Source of the DNA: Planctopirus limnophila DSM 3776
GTDB taxonomy: Bacteria; Planctomycetota; Planctomycetia; Planctomycetales; Planctomycetaceae
Assembly (NCBI RefSeq): GCF_000092105.1
Contig: NC_014148.1
Span: 1,500,001 to 1,532,000 of the forward strand
Reading direction: 5' to 3'
Length of the DNA stretch: 32,000 bases
The notes below the pieces were generated by a model. The model was not told the origin of the DNA. It ran no database searches and was given only the letters and a program-made list of their open reading frames with translations. Of the stretch, positions 6,790 to 16,079 are shown in pieces. A program made the position numbers and the translations under genes. Every line of letters begins with the position of its first letter. Positions within the stretch are counted from its first letter, which is position 1.

Positions 6790-9378
6790 ATGGACTTCGC
6801 TGTCTGTCCCAGTTGCAAGCAGTCGGTCCTGGATGATGATGCCGTTGACTGCCCCTTTTGTGGTGCACCGATGAAAGGTGGCCCCAGACCTGGTGGCGCA
6901 CCGGCCAAACCGGCTGCATCCAAAGCTGCGCAGTCTCCAAAATCTGTTTCTGCCAGTGCCGCCAATACAGTAAGTGCCACCAACACAGTGAATCGTGGTG
7001 CTGTCAACAAGAGTTCCAGCAATTCAGCTTCTGCTGGTCAAACTTCGGGGGCAGATGATCTTCCGTTCGAAACGGATACGGGAGCCGCTACGACCGTTGC
7101 GGTGGCCACAGCGACCAAGCAGCGATCATTTCGGATCGTCTGCCCGATGTGTGAGACTGTCGGGTACATCTCACCAAAATCAGCGGGCACAAGAGTCAAG
7201 TGCGCGAATCCCAAATGTCTGGTTCCTGTTTTTGATGCCCCGCAATTGCCTCCACCCGAACCCGAAAAGCCGCCAGAACCTCCACGTAAGCCAAACTATA
7301 TTCTGCTGGGTGGAGGAACTGCCGCGATCTGCATCGTTGGCGGCATCGTAGCTTTCTTTGTGGCAGGCCAGCCAGCTGCGAGTCCTGTGGCAGTCAACCG
7401 GATGACTCCGGAGGAAGCTGCTCGCCTGCTGGCCGAAACCGCACCTGCCGCCAATAACACAAGTAATCAAACCAAGAATTCCGGCACACCCGACGGAAAC
7501 CAACAGACCACAACAGACACAAAACCCAACCCGGGCGATACGAAAACCGCGGCCAGCTCGACTGTTGATCTTGCAAAAGAGCTGCCCATTCTCATTGAGA
7601 AGACAGTCCTGATCAGGGGGAGCCAGAATCGCAGCTTGCCCTTTTCTCGGCAAATGGCTGCGGAAGCCTATGCGCTTCTCGGCAACATTGAAAAAGCACA
7701 AGAGCAGGCCGTGGCCTTTGATCGTGTGGGGCAGAATGTCCCTTTCTACAAGATCTCGATTCTCACAGAACTGGGCTGGGCACAACTTCGAGCGGGAAAC
7801 AGCGAAGCAGCCAAAGTTTCAGCACTGGCAGGCTACAATCTTGTCAATAAACTGCCTGGCAATGGTCGAGCCCGGCTGATTTTTGCATCGCGCTTGGGGA
7901 GCCTGCTGATTGCCACGGGGGAAGCCGATAAAGCTACCCAATTGGCGAATGACTACGCTTCCACATGGAAGCCGGGGCTGATTGATTCCAATCAGGTCGC
8001 CGAACGACTGGAACGCCAGGATGGTCAGGTCGCCAGTTTACTTCAGGCAGGTCTGGATGACTTCGCAGGCTCAATTGCACAGGTGACATCGACCAGACCC
8101 GGAGTTGTCTGGTTTGAGCCGCAGGCTGCAGCAATGGCTCGATCGGCTGCAGCGCATGGTTTCAGCGAGAAGGCCATCTCCTGGGCCATCAGCCAGCCCG
8201 AAGTTCGACAGCTGGAAACTCTGGGTGAAATCGCTGCTTTCGAAGGCGCAACCGCAGCACCAGACATCACTGCTGAAGCACTAAAGGCCAAAATCGAAAG
8301 CTGGGGTGCCAACGCTCCTGTCATGAAATTACCAGCTTCGAAAGCCTATATTCTCGCGCGGGGAGCAGCTGCCGCCGCTGCCGTTTCGAAGCCCGCAGCA
8401 CTGGGGCTCATCAAGGAGGCCCAGGCACTCCTTGAATCTGTGGAACTTCCGTCACCCGTCACCTGGCCCAATACCCAGGGGCTGATTAATCCACAGCTGC
8501 CAGCGATCGCGCCATTAGAACGCCTCTTCGTGGCCTGGGCAGAGGTTTCCATCGCCTGTCAGTTGGCGGGAGATGCCGCTGGTTGTGATGCAGCACTGAG
8601 TAAAGCTTTAGCGACACTGCAAGGAGTTGGCCCGGCATTGAACTACGTCGATCAATTTCTGGAACAGCTCAATGGCCCGGATGTGGCCAGTATTCGCGAT
8701 CGACTCAAAGATGAACTGGGAATTCGAACCGAAGATGCGGCCCGGCAAGCTTTCTCCAGCTATCGCCGGGGAACTTTGAATTATCGAGAACATGCCGCCA
8801 TTCGATATGATCTCGAACTCCAGGCTCTGGATCGATTAGCACAAGCCGGCGGTCAAGCGATCGTCTGGAAGAAGCTACAGGAGCTGGCATCTGACACAAA
8901 TGCTGTCCAGAAGCAGGTTCCCAGCGAAATCTCGATGAAACTGGTTTCTTCGTTGGCAACGGCATTCCAGTTAGCGAATGAACCGACACAGGCCCAGGCA
9001 GTGACCGACTGGTATTCCGGCATCACGAGAATTGGCGCGATTACACCCTCGGCAACATTATTGGCCGCTTCTCGGTTTGGGGCAAAAGATGGTTCTGGTG
9101 CTGCGACTGTGCTCAAAGAGGCTGATGCTCCCACACGAGCCTTGATGACCAGTCTTCTTGCCAGTCAACTAAAGGATGCAGGCATGGTTGAGCCCGCACT
9201 GGTCTTGGTCGGCCAGACGAGCGATTTGAGCGTGAGGGAAGAGGCCTCGATATTCGCGGCACATGCTGCCCATCATCTGGGAGAAGCCGCCAAAATCGTG
9301 ACTCACCTGCAAACACTTCCACAGGCCACCGAGCGGTTATCCTGGATTCGCGGCTTATCAATGCCCATCAAGAAATAA
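6790..9378 (+). CDS. zinc-ribbon / single-TM protein with a large helical (TPR-like) C-terminal region
   Basis: ATG at 6790 (MDFAVCPSCKQ...); the track ORF begins at TTG 6727. There are two CxxC...CxxC ribbons (CPSC..CPFC; CPMC..CANPKC). A Pro-rich linker is followed by the TM segment ILLGGGTAAICIVGGIVAFFVAG, then ~650 aa rich in Ala/Leu helices. Confidence 0.75.
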   Translation: MDFAVCPSCKQSVLDDDAVDCPFCGAPMKGGPRPGGAPAKPAASKAAQSPKSVSASAANTVSATNTVNRGAVNKSSSNSASAGQTSGADDLPFETDTGAATTVAVATATKQRSFRIVCPMCETVGYISPKSAGTRVKCANPKCLVPVFDAPQLPPPEPEKPPEPPRKPNYILLGGGTAAICIVGGIVAFFVAGQPAASPVAVNRMTPEEAARLLAETAPAANNTSNQTKNSGTPDGNQQTTTDTKPNPGDTKTAASSTVDLAKELPILIEKTVLIRGSQNRSLPFSRQMAAEAYALLGNIEKAQEQAVAFDRVGQNVPFYKISILTELGWAQLRAGNSEAAKVSALAGYNLVNKLPGNGRARLIFASRLGSLLIATGEADKATQLANDYASTWKPGLIDSNQVAERLERQDGQVASLLQAGLDDFAGSIAQVTSTRPGVVWFEPQAAAMARSAAAHGFSEKAISWAISQPEVRQLETLGEIAAFEGATAAPDITAEALKAKIESWGANAPVMKLPASKAYILARGAAAAAAVSKPAALGLIKEAQALLESVELPSPVTWPNTQGLINPQLPAIAPLERLFVAWAEVSIACQLAGDAAGCDAALSKALATLQGVGPALNYVDQFLEQLNGPDVASIRDRLKDELGIRTEDAARQAFSSYRRGTLNYREHAAIRYDLELQALDRLAQAGGQAIVWKKLQELASDTNAVQKQVPSEISMKLVSSLATAFQLANEPTQAQAVTDWYSGITRIGAITPSATLLAASRFGAKDGSGAATVLKEADAPTRALMTSLLASQLKDAGMVEPALVLVGQTSDLSVREEASIFAAHAAHHLGEAAKIVTHLQTLPQATERLSWIRGLSMPIKK

Positions 9379-9466
9379 TGACAGAGCCAAATTCATGGAT
9401 GATGCCGGTACTCATACGAATTGCAGTATTCATCTGCGCTCCTCGGTCTGGGGTGGCTGGGGTTGA

Positions 9467-9538
9467 GTCTTCGAACCCCCAGCAATTTTTGTCACGAACT
9501 GGGGGTTCGCGAAGACGCTCAACCCCAGGCACCCGCCG
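9467..9538. repeat. long imperfect inverted repeat (about 26-bp stem, 16-nt loop)
   Basis: CTGGGGTTGAGTCTTCGAACCCCCAG (9467-9492) pairs with CTGGGGGTTCGCGAAGACGCTCAACCCCAG (9509-9538), leaving two 2-nt bulges. Each arm is also self-complementary at its ends (CTGGGG/CCCCAG). Confidence 0.7.
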
Positions 9539-9636
9539 CGCAGTTGTTTATTGGAATCGGCATCAGATCCATGTTGAGCACACTGAGATTGAGTACTGAC
9601 AAAAGACGCTGTGTTTGCCAGTGACGAAGAGATGCC

Positions 9637-10125
9637 ATGCCGCGATTCGCACTGCTGGAACATGACTGGCCGGAAAATCATGGAGATTTTCTTCTCGAAG
9701 TCCCCGGGCTCAAGTCTCGCGATGGTCTTGAGCTGTGCTGGACGTGGCGATTTCCGGGCGATCGAAAGGCCTGGGAAACATTGTTCCGGCAGGGTGGCTT
9801 GTTTGAAGCCGAACGGAATACCGACCACAGGGCCCATTATCTCGATTATCAGGGGGCCGTGACTCCTGCCGCCGATGGCACATCTCGCGGCTTCGTGACG
9901 ATTGTCTTTCAAGGGGAATTTCAATGGACTGATCCATTCGAATTCTCGCCGCTGGAAGGGCCGCCTGTCTTACCAGATTTCCTGCAGATAGCCTTTCAAG
10001 ATCATCTGGGGAAGCAACAGATAGCCGGTCAGATGCAGCTCTTGAACTCTGCCTCAGGCTGGAAGATCACGATTCTGCCCGAGACGAATTCCAAGGCTTT
10101 CAAGGCAGATTCAGTGCATTCGTAA
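9637..10125 (+). CDS. LigD_N (DNA ligase D 3'-phosphoesterase)-like domain protein
   Basis: RFALLEHDWPENHGDFLLEV...DHRAHYLDYQGAV...GFVTIVFQGEFQW parallels the H-x-H..D, HP-x-x-Y-x-DFEG and G-x-V-x-x-D-x-G motifs of the LigD phosphoesterase fold. The match was made by eye only. Confidence 0.5.
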   Translation: MPRFALLEHDWPENHGDFLLEVPGLKSRDGLELCWTWRFPGDRKAWETLFRQGGLFEAERNTDHRAHYLDYQGAVTPAADGTSRGFVTIVFQGEFQWTDPFEFSPLEGPPVLPDFLQIAFQDHLGKQQIAGQMQLLNSASGWKITILPETNSKAFKADSVHS

Positions 10126-10228
10126 TACAATACTGCAAGATAAGCGTCGTGCTGCGTGACGAGTGGCATGCTCTCTCGATCGAAGCATTCTGTCCGCCAG
10201 TGAAATCTCATCAGGGTCTGTGAATCTT

Positions 10229-12352
10229 ATGAATCTTGTGAATCGCCTTGCGGCAGAGACCAGCCTGTATCTCAATCAGCATGCTCAGAATCCGGTCGCC
10301 TGGCAGCCGTGGGATGATGAAGCCTGGAGACTTGCGCGCGAGCTCGATCGACCAGTCTTTCTGTCGATTGGGTACAGTGCCTGCCACTGGTGTCATGTGA
10401 TGGAGCACGAAAGCTTTGAGAATCCACGCATTGCCGAACTGCTCAATCAGTGGTTTGTGAGTATCAAGGTGGATCGCGAAGAGCGGCCAGACCTCGATCA
10501 GATCTATATGGCAGCCGTGATTGCCATGACTCAGCAGGGTGGCTGGCCAATGTCGGTCTTTCTCACACCCCAGGGACATCCGTTTTACGGAGGAACCTAT
10601 TTTCCGCCGACCAGCCGATACGGACGACCGGGATTCGCTGAAGTCCTCGCCGCCATTCACGACGCCTGGGAGAACCGTCGTGAAGTGGTGACTGAGCAGG
10701 CCTCTCAATTAACCATGACTGTCCACGATCAACTTTCTGAACGACAGGAACCAACGACTCTCCATGAGAATCTGCTGGAGAAGGCTGGCCGCACGCTGGT
10801 GCGAGTTTGTGATCGTGTGAATGGTGGTTTTGGACATGCCCCCAAGTTTCCTCATGCGATGGATTTACGGCTCGCCATGCGCCTCGCGCATCGATTCGAT
10901 ACGACGGAAACAGCCGAAGTGGCTGAGTTGGGGCTGACGGCCATGGCCAAAGGCGGGATTCATGACCACCTGGGAGGCGGCTTCGCCCGCTACTCGACAG
11001 ACGAAATCTGGCTGGTGCCGCACTTCGAAAAAATGCTGTATGACAACGCGTTGTTGCTGCAGGCTTATCTCGATGGCTGGCAGTTTAACAAGACTGATTT
11101 TTATCGCCGGACGGCCCAGTCGATCGTGCATTATGTATTACGGGAAATGCAGGTTCCCAGAGCCGAACTACCTGGTGGATTCTGTGCGGCCCAGGATGCT
11201 GACAGCGAGGGTGAAGAGGGGCGATTTTTCGTCTGGTCACAGTCCGAAATTCGCGATGTCCTCTCAGGAAGTGAACTGGGGAATGACGATTCGAGGCTTT
11301 TTGAGCGGGCCTACGGTGTGACCTCGGGAGGGAACTGGGAAGGTCATAACATTTTGAATTTGCCGAAGACGATCGCCGCACTCGGACGCGAACTCGGCAT
11401 GGCGGAAACTGCCCTCGAGCAAAAGCTTTCTCTGCTGAGGACGAAGTTGTTTGAGCACAGAAAGAACCGGATTGCCCCAGGTCGTGATGAAAAATTGATC
11501 GTCGCCTGGAATGGTTTGATGATTTCTGCACTGGCCCGTGCCGGACTGGTGCTCGATGATCAAGAGGCACTTCAGGCCGCTCAACGGGCCGCCCGCGTGA
11601 TTCTCGACATGGCGGAGAGCCTGCCGTATGGCTTGCCTCATTCGATTCAAAAGGGGCAGCCCAAGCATGGTGCCTATCTGGATGATTATGGATGCTTTTT
11701 GGAAGCACTGATCGAATTGTTCCTGGCGGATGGTGATCCCTCCTGGTTATCACGGGCTGTTCCACTGATCGACCGCCTGGTGAATGAGTTTCATGATGAT
11801 GAACAGGGCGGTTTTTACTTTACGAGCAGTCAAGCCGAGAAACTGATCAGTCGCAGTCGAGATTTTCAGGATAACGTGACACCCTCTGGCAATGCGGCTG
11901 TGGCCAATGCACTGCTGAAGTTCGGTCGAATCACGGGAGACGCCCGCAGTGAAGAGTTGGCACATGAAGTTCTTCAGGCTGCCTCGGGCCTGATGCAGCA
12001 ATCCACAATGGCCACAGCCCACTCGCTGGCCGCTCTCGATTGGTGGCTGGGTCCCAGTTACGAATGTGTGTATGTACCCGCTGAGACGACATCAACAACG
12101 GATTCTGAGCCTTTGAAACAGGATGCGGTTCAGCGAGTGGCTCATGAGCTGTACCTGCCGAACGTCCTGTTTCTCACAGGAAGAGCGCAATGGGAGGGGA
12201 CACTGGCAGCCGGGCTGGTGCAGGGGCGCCTGGCTCCTGCCAGTGAACCGGTGCTCTATGTCTGTCAAAAGGGAGTCTGCCAGCTCCCCGTGGTCGGGGA
12301 AGCAGCAATCATCGCCCGACTCAAAGGGCTGGCACAAAGCATAGATGAGTAA
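10229..12352 (+). CDS. thioredoxin-domain protein (DUF255 / YyaL family)
   Basis: [24 protein letters not shown]...[22 protein letters not shown]...[14 protein letters not shown] is the conserved DUF255 N-terminus. A long alpha/alpha-toroid-like region follows. ATG at 10229; the track ORF starts at GTG 10163. Confidence 0.9.
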   Translation: MNLVNRLAAETSLYLNQHAQNPVAWQPWDDEAWRLARELDRPVFLSIGYSACHWCHVMEHESFENPRIAELLNQWFVSIKVDREERPDLDQIYMAAVIAMTQQGGWPMSVFLTPQGHPFYGGTYFPPTSRYGRPGFAEVLAAIHDAWENRREVVTEQASQLTMTVHDQLSERQEPTTLHENLLEKAGRTLVRVCDRVNGGFGHAPKFPHAMDLRLAMRLAHRFDTTETAEVAELGLTAMAKGGIHDHLGGGFARYSTDEIWLVPHFEKMLYDNALLLQAYLDGWQFNKTDFYRRTAQSIVHYVLREMQVPRAELPGGFCAAQDADSEGEEGRFFVWSQSEIRDVLSGSELGNDDSRLFERAYGVTSGGNWEGHNILNLPKTIAALGRELGMAETALEQKLSLLRTKLFEHRKNRIAPGRDEKLIVAWNGLMISALARAGLVLDDQEALQAAQRAARVILDMAESLPYGLPHSIQKGQPKHGAYLDDYGCFLEALIELFLADGDPSWLSRAVPLIDRLVNEFHDDEQGGFYFTSSQAEKLISRSRDFQDNVTPSGNAAVANALLKFGRITGDARSEELAHEVLQAASGLMQQSTMATAHSLAALDWWLGPSYECVYVPAETTSTTDSEPLKQDAVQRVAHELYLPNVLFLTGRAQWEGTLAAGLVQGRLAPASEPVLYVCQKGVCQLPVVGEAAIIARLKGLAQSIDE

Positions 12353-12390
12353 CTCAGCAGAAAAAGTATCTGGCATGAGTACCATCAGCA

Positions 12391-13620
12391 TCAATTGACC
12401 GGTACCAGGCTGTAGCCATCGGTCTGGCGGTTTATGAGAGTCGTCATGGCCGATGTCGTAATGATCACTCCTTCGCCGACCTGCATGTGAGCGATTTTCT
12501 TGCGGGCTAAGGTCTGGCCGCAGACCATGATTTCAACACCGGCCTGATTCAGCTTTTGGATCAGTTCAAGATTCGGGTTTGGAAGACTTGCTGCTGCACT
12601 TCCCTTGTCATTCGTCAGGATCGAAAGTGCTGCATCACCGTGCAGAATAATGGCAATGTTGACATCGGTCGCTTTGAGACCGGCTGCCCCATAAAGATTC
12701 AGCAGGCGGGCAGCACGTTCCAGTCCGGCGTTGACCTCACCCGCAGCTGAGGATGCCGTGACATCGAAGATCACTTTGGCGCCGGTTCGCGGCGCTTCCG
12801 GGGCACCAGTCAGTTCAGCCACACCGCCAATACCAGGAATGATGGACGACTTGAGATCTGGCACACCGGCAGGTTTCTGAAATTCGATCAGATAATTGTC
12901 GCGCAGTGAGCCTGAGCGTTCACCAACATAACGAAATCCCGTGGTGAGAATCTCCTGTGTGACGACATCCTGACCTGCGCGAACGTGACTGAGTGTCCAA
13001 TCCGAACTTTGTCCTTCAATACGGCGGAAATCGACCACAATCAGGCGTCCTCCGGGCTTAAGTGCGTTGAAAATCGAGGCCATCATTTTTTGAGGAAACT
13101 CGAAATGATGGTAGGTGTCGCAAATAAAAGCGAGGTCAATCGATCCTTCGGGCAGGTTGGCAGAAACGTCCTTGCCCAGCACTGTTTCCACATTCTGCTG
13201 TCGAAGTTTTTCACTGGTGGACTGGATGTGCTCGAGAAAGTTCTTCGAGATATCGACGGCAATCACACGTCCCTGTTCTCCCACAAGCGGTGAAAAGGCT
13301 CTGGTGAAGAGACCCGTCCCGGCACCAATATCAGCGACGACCGAACCTGGTGATATTCGACAGGCTTTGAGAATCTCCTCACGCTGGTGAAACACCTCGC
13401 GGCTTTCGATTTCGAACTTCTCGATGAACTCCTGCGGTTTAGCGTTTTCAAACGAGCGATTAATCCCGGGCTTGACGCTCGTCTCCTGAGCCACAGTGGC
13501 TGTTGAGAAGTTGATCAACAGACTCGCCACAAACAGGCCCGGAATCAGCAGCTTTTTCGCGAGTGAATATCGCAGTGAATTCATAGTCATACTTTCCAAC
13601 TGAGTATCTGCTTTGAGCAT
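12391..13620 (-). CDS. signal-peptide/TM-anchored class I SAM-dependent methyltransferase fused to a DsrE/DsrF-like domain
   Basis: The N-terminus KKLLIPGLFVASLLINFSTATVAQE looks like a signal peptide or anchor. VVADIGAGTGLFT...VIAVDIS...LKPGGRLIVVDF is a Rossmann methyltransferase. The C-terminal KVIFDVTAS...IAIILHGDA...VEIMVCGQTLARKKI is DsrE/TusD-like and keeps the conserved Cys. The start is ambiguous (ATG 13620 or 13590, TTG 13635). Confidence 0.8.
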   Translation of the reverse strand: MLKADTQLESMTMNSLRYSLAKKLLIPGLFVASLLINFSTATVAQETSVKPGINRSFENAKPQEFIEKFEIESREVFHQREEILKACRISPGSVVADIGAGTGLFTRAFSPLVGEQGRVIAVDISKNFLEHIQSTSEKLRQQNVETVLGKDVSANLPEGSIDLAFICDTYHHFEFPQKMMASIFNALKPGGRLIVVDFRRIEGQSSDWTLSHVRAGQDVVTQEILTTGFRYVGERSGSLRDNYLIEFQKPAGVPDLKSSIIPGIGGVAELTGAPEAPRTGAKVIFDVTASSAAGEVNAGLERAARLLNLYGAAGLKATDVNIAIILHGDAALSILTNDKGSAAASLPNPNLELIQKLNQAGVEIMVCGQTLARKKIAHMQVGEGVIITTSAMTTLINRQTDGYSLVPVN

Positions 13621-13644
13621 ATTTTCGAAGTTCAAGGAAATTCT

Positions 13645-14517
13645 TCAAGCTGTCAGATTGCGGACAATGACCATCGTCGCCACCAAAACAATCGCCACGA
13701 CAAACGTTTTTTGAAGTGCGGGGCCCGAGAGTCGCTTGGCGAAGGCCTGTCCGGCCACAACACCCGCCAGGCCGCCTAAGACAAATGGAAGAGTGATTTG
13801 CAGATCGACAGTTCGTCCGGCAACCGTTTGAGAGATCACTCCCGAGAGGCTCACCAGTGAAATCACAAACAGAGATGTCCCCACCGCTTTATGAATAGGC
13901 ATACCACTGAAAAGCACCAGGGCCGGGATAATGACAAAGCCCCCGCCGACACCAAACAGACCGGCAATCACACCTGTCAGCACACCGACCATCAATAGCA
14001 GTGCCGCGCATCGGGAAGTAAGTATCAATTGCCCCGATAGACTGCGCTGGCATGTCATCTGGTCATCAAGTTCTTCATGACCAGTCGGCTGGCAGAGTGA
14101 ATCTTTGACGAAAGGCTTTGTCGCTTTTTTCCACATTCTTTCGGCGACGATGAGCATCAGACCGGCAAAGGCCAGCATCAACACGGTCTCCGGAATCAGG
14201 TTGGCAATCCACGTTCCGGCTGGTGTCCCGATCATGCCCGAAAGGGCAAACAGGAATCCTGTCTTGAGATCCACCTCTCCCATCCGCCAGCGGGATAAAA
14301 ATCCGGTAAAAGAAGTTAATCCGACAGCGATCAGCGAAATCGTGATGGCCTCACGGGGATCCACACCCATCCCGTAAACAAGCAGTGGAACAGCAAAAAT
14401 CGCTCCACCACCTCCCGTCAGGCCCAGTGAAAGCCCTACCAGACTCCCGGCGATGATGGCCAGAACATGATTGAACTGCAGGCTGAACTCGATCCATTCA
14501 GGCCACGACATCAACAT
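13645..14517 (-). CDS. TauE/SafE family sulfite/anion exporter (DUF81)
   Basis: Polytopic membrane protein with duplicated GGGG(A/F)..P motifs (LTGGGGAIFAVPLLVY; FGVGGGFVIIPALV). Confidence 0.9.
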   Translation of the reverse strand: MLMSWPEWIEFSLQFNHVLAIIAGSLVGLSLGLTGGGGAIFAVPLLVYGMGVDPREAITISLIAVGLTSFTGFLSRWRMGEVDLKTGFLFALSGMIGTPAGTWIANLIPETVLMLAFAGLMLIVAERMWKKATKPFVKDSLCQPTGHEELDDQMTCQRSLSGQLILTSRCAALLLMVGVLTGVIAGLFGVGGGFVIIPALVLFSGMPIHKAVGTSLFVISLVSLSGVISQTVAGRTVDLQITLPFVLGGLAGVVAGQAFAKRLSGPALQKTFVVAIVLVATMVIVRNLTA

Positions 14518-14546
14518 GGCTTGGTCTCCTCATACGGGATTCCTCC

Positions 14547-15977
14547 CTAGGCACCAACAACGTGCTGGTCCACGCTCTGATGAACGACCGGGAGGTTGGC
14601 TCGCTTCCAGGCATTGAGGCCACCTGCCAGATTGATCACCTTCAGACCAGAGCGGCTCAGGAGGCTGGCCGCAATCGCTGAACGTCCCCCGGCTTGACAC
14701 TGCACGACGAAGGTTTCGTCTGGTGACAACTCTTTCGAGGACTTTCGGAGCCCACCCAGAAATGCGTGCGTGGCCCCTTCAATGTGTTCTTCTGCGAACT
14801 CGTGTGCCGAGCGGACATCGAGCAGTTCGATGGAGTGATTCTCCATGAGCTCTTTGAGTTCTGTCGGAGAAATCGACCGATAGGCTGCCGTTGCCAAATC
14901 ATTCTGTTCGAGATCGGAGCGATCGACGTAACCCTGGATATTGTCGACGCCGATAGATCGCAGAGCTTTCAGTTGAGCAGACAGACCTTCTGCGTTGGAG
15001 ATCAGCAGAACTGGTTCGCCATCGTCCACAAAGAATCCACTCCATTGGGCCAACTGGGTTGCCGGAATGTTGATGGTTTGAGGAATCGATTTCTGGGCGT
15101 AGAGCGCAGCCGGTGAAGTGTCGATGACCAGCCTGGTGCTTTGGGCATCGACCAGTTGTTCAATGTTCAGACGCGAAACCGCAGGAAGTTCACGAATCAG
15201 TTGAGGGCCCACTTTGTTCACACGCTTCATGACGGCGAAATAGGGAGGTGTTTCGGGCTGATCATCGAGAATGTAATCGACAAAGGCCTGTTCACTTCGA
15301 ATCTGCAGTGCCGGGTTAAAGAGCTTTTCGTAACCCACTGTGGAAGATGGGATGGCTCCTAACCCTTTGCCACAGGCACTTCCGGCACCATGGGCAGGCC
15401 AGACCTGCAGGAAGTCGGGTAACGACATGAATTTGCTGATGGAGTGAAAGAGTTGGCGAGCGCCGACTTCAGCACTTCCCACGACACCAGCGGCGGTTTC
15501 GAGAAGGTCCGGTCGACCAATTGAACCCACAAAGACAAAGTCTCCCGTAAAGATTCCCATGGGTTCGGTAGCACCACTGCCACCATCTGTGAGCACAAAG
15601 GAGATGTGTTCCGGGGTATGGCCCGGCGTGTGCATCACTTTAAGCTGCACGTTCCCGACGCCAAAAACATCACCATCGTGCAGCAGTTGCACCTGATGTT
15701 TTGAGATGTACTGATACTTCCAGTCGGCAGGGCCTTCGTCAGAGAGATACAGCGTCGCCCCAACTCGATCGGCTAGTTCGCGTGAACCGGAAACAAAGTC
15801 GGCGTGAATGTGTGTCTCTGCCGCCCCCACGATTTTCAGGCCCTGCTCCTGAGCCGTTGCAATATAGCCATCGACATCGCGACCAGGATCAATCACAAGG
15901 GCCTGACCCGTGCGCTGACAACCAACGAGATAGGAAGCATGGGCGAGTGCCGGGTCATAAAAATATTTCAGAAGCAT
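14547..15977 (-). CDS. MBL-fold persulfide dioxygenase fused to two rhodanese domains (Blh/CstB-like)
   Basis: MLLKYFYDPALAHASYLVGC...ETHIHADFVSG...HTPGHTPEH is the metallo-beta-lactamase part. The middle rhodanese-like domain has no active Cys (LLISNAEG). The C-terminal rhodanese has the CQAGGRS loop. AGGAG lies 7 nt upstream of the ATG at 15977; the track ORF extends to 16025. Confidence 0.9.
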   Translation of the reverse strand: MLLKYFYDPALAHASYLVGCQRTGQALVIDPGRDVDGYIATAQEQGLKIVGAAETHIHADFVSGSRELADRVGATLYLSDEGPADWKYQYISKHQVQLLHDGDVFGVGNVQLKVMHTPGHTPEHISFVLTDGGSGATEPMGIFTGDFVFVGSIGRPDLLETAAGVVGSAEVGARQLFHSISKFMSLPDFLQVWPAHGAGSACGKGLGAIPSSTVGYEKLFNPALQIRSEQAFVDYILDDQPETPPYFAVMKRVNKVGPQLIRELPAVSRLNIEQLVDAQSTRLVIDTSPAALYAQKSIPQTINIPATQLAQWSGFFVDDGEPVLLISNAEGLSAQLKALRSIGVDNIQGYVDRSDLEQNDLATAAYRSISPTELKELMENHSIELLDVRSAHEFAEEHIEGATHAFLGGLRKSSKELSPDETFVVQCQAGGRSAIAASLLSRSGLKVINLAGGLNAWKRANLPVVHQSVDQHVVGA

Positions 15978-16079
15978 GGTGAGTCTCCTGTTGAGATTTG
16001 GAAAGCGACTTCGAAATGGACGCACTTTCTCCGAGTTCCCGCTTCCAGCGGGATGAAAGACGCTAGGTCAGAAAGCTGT

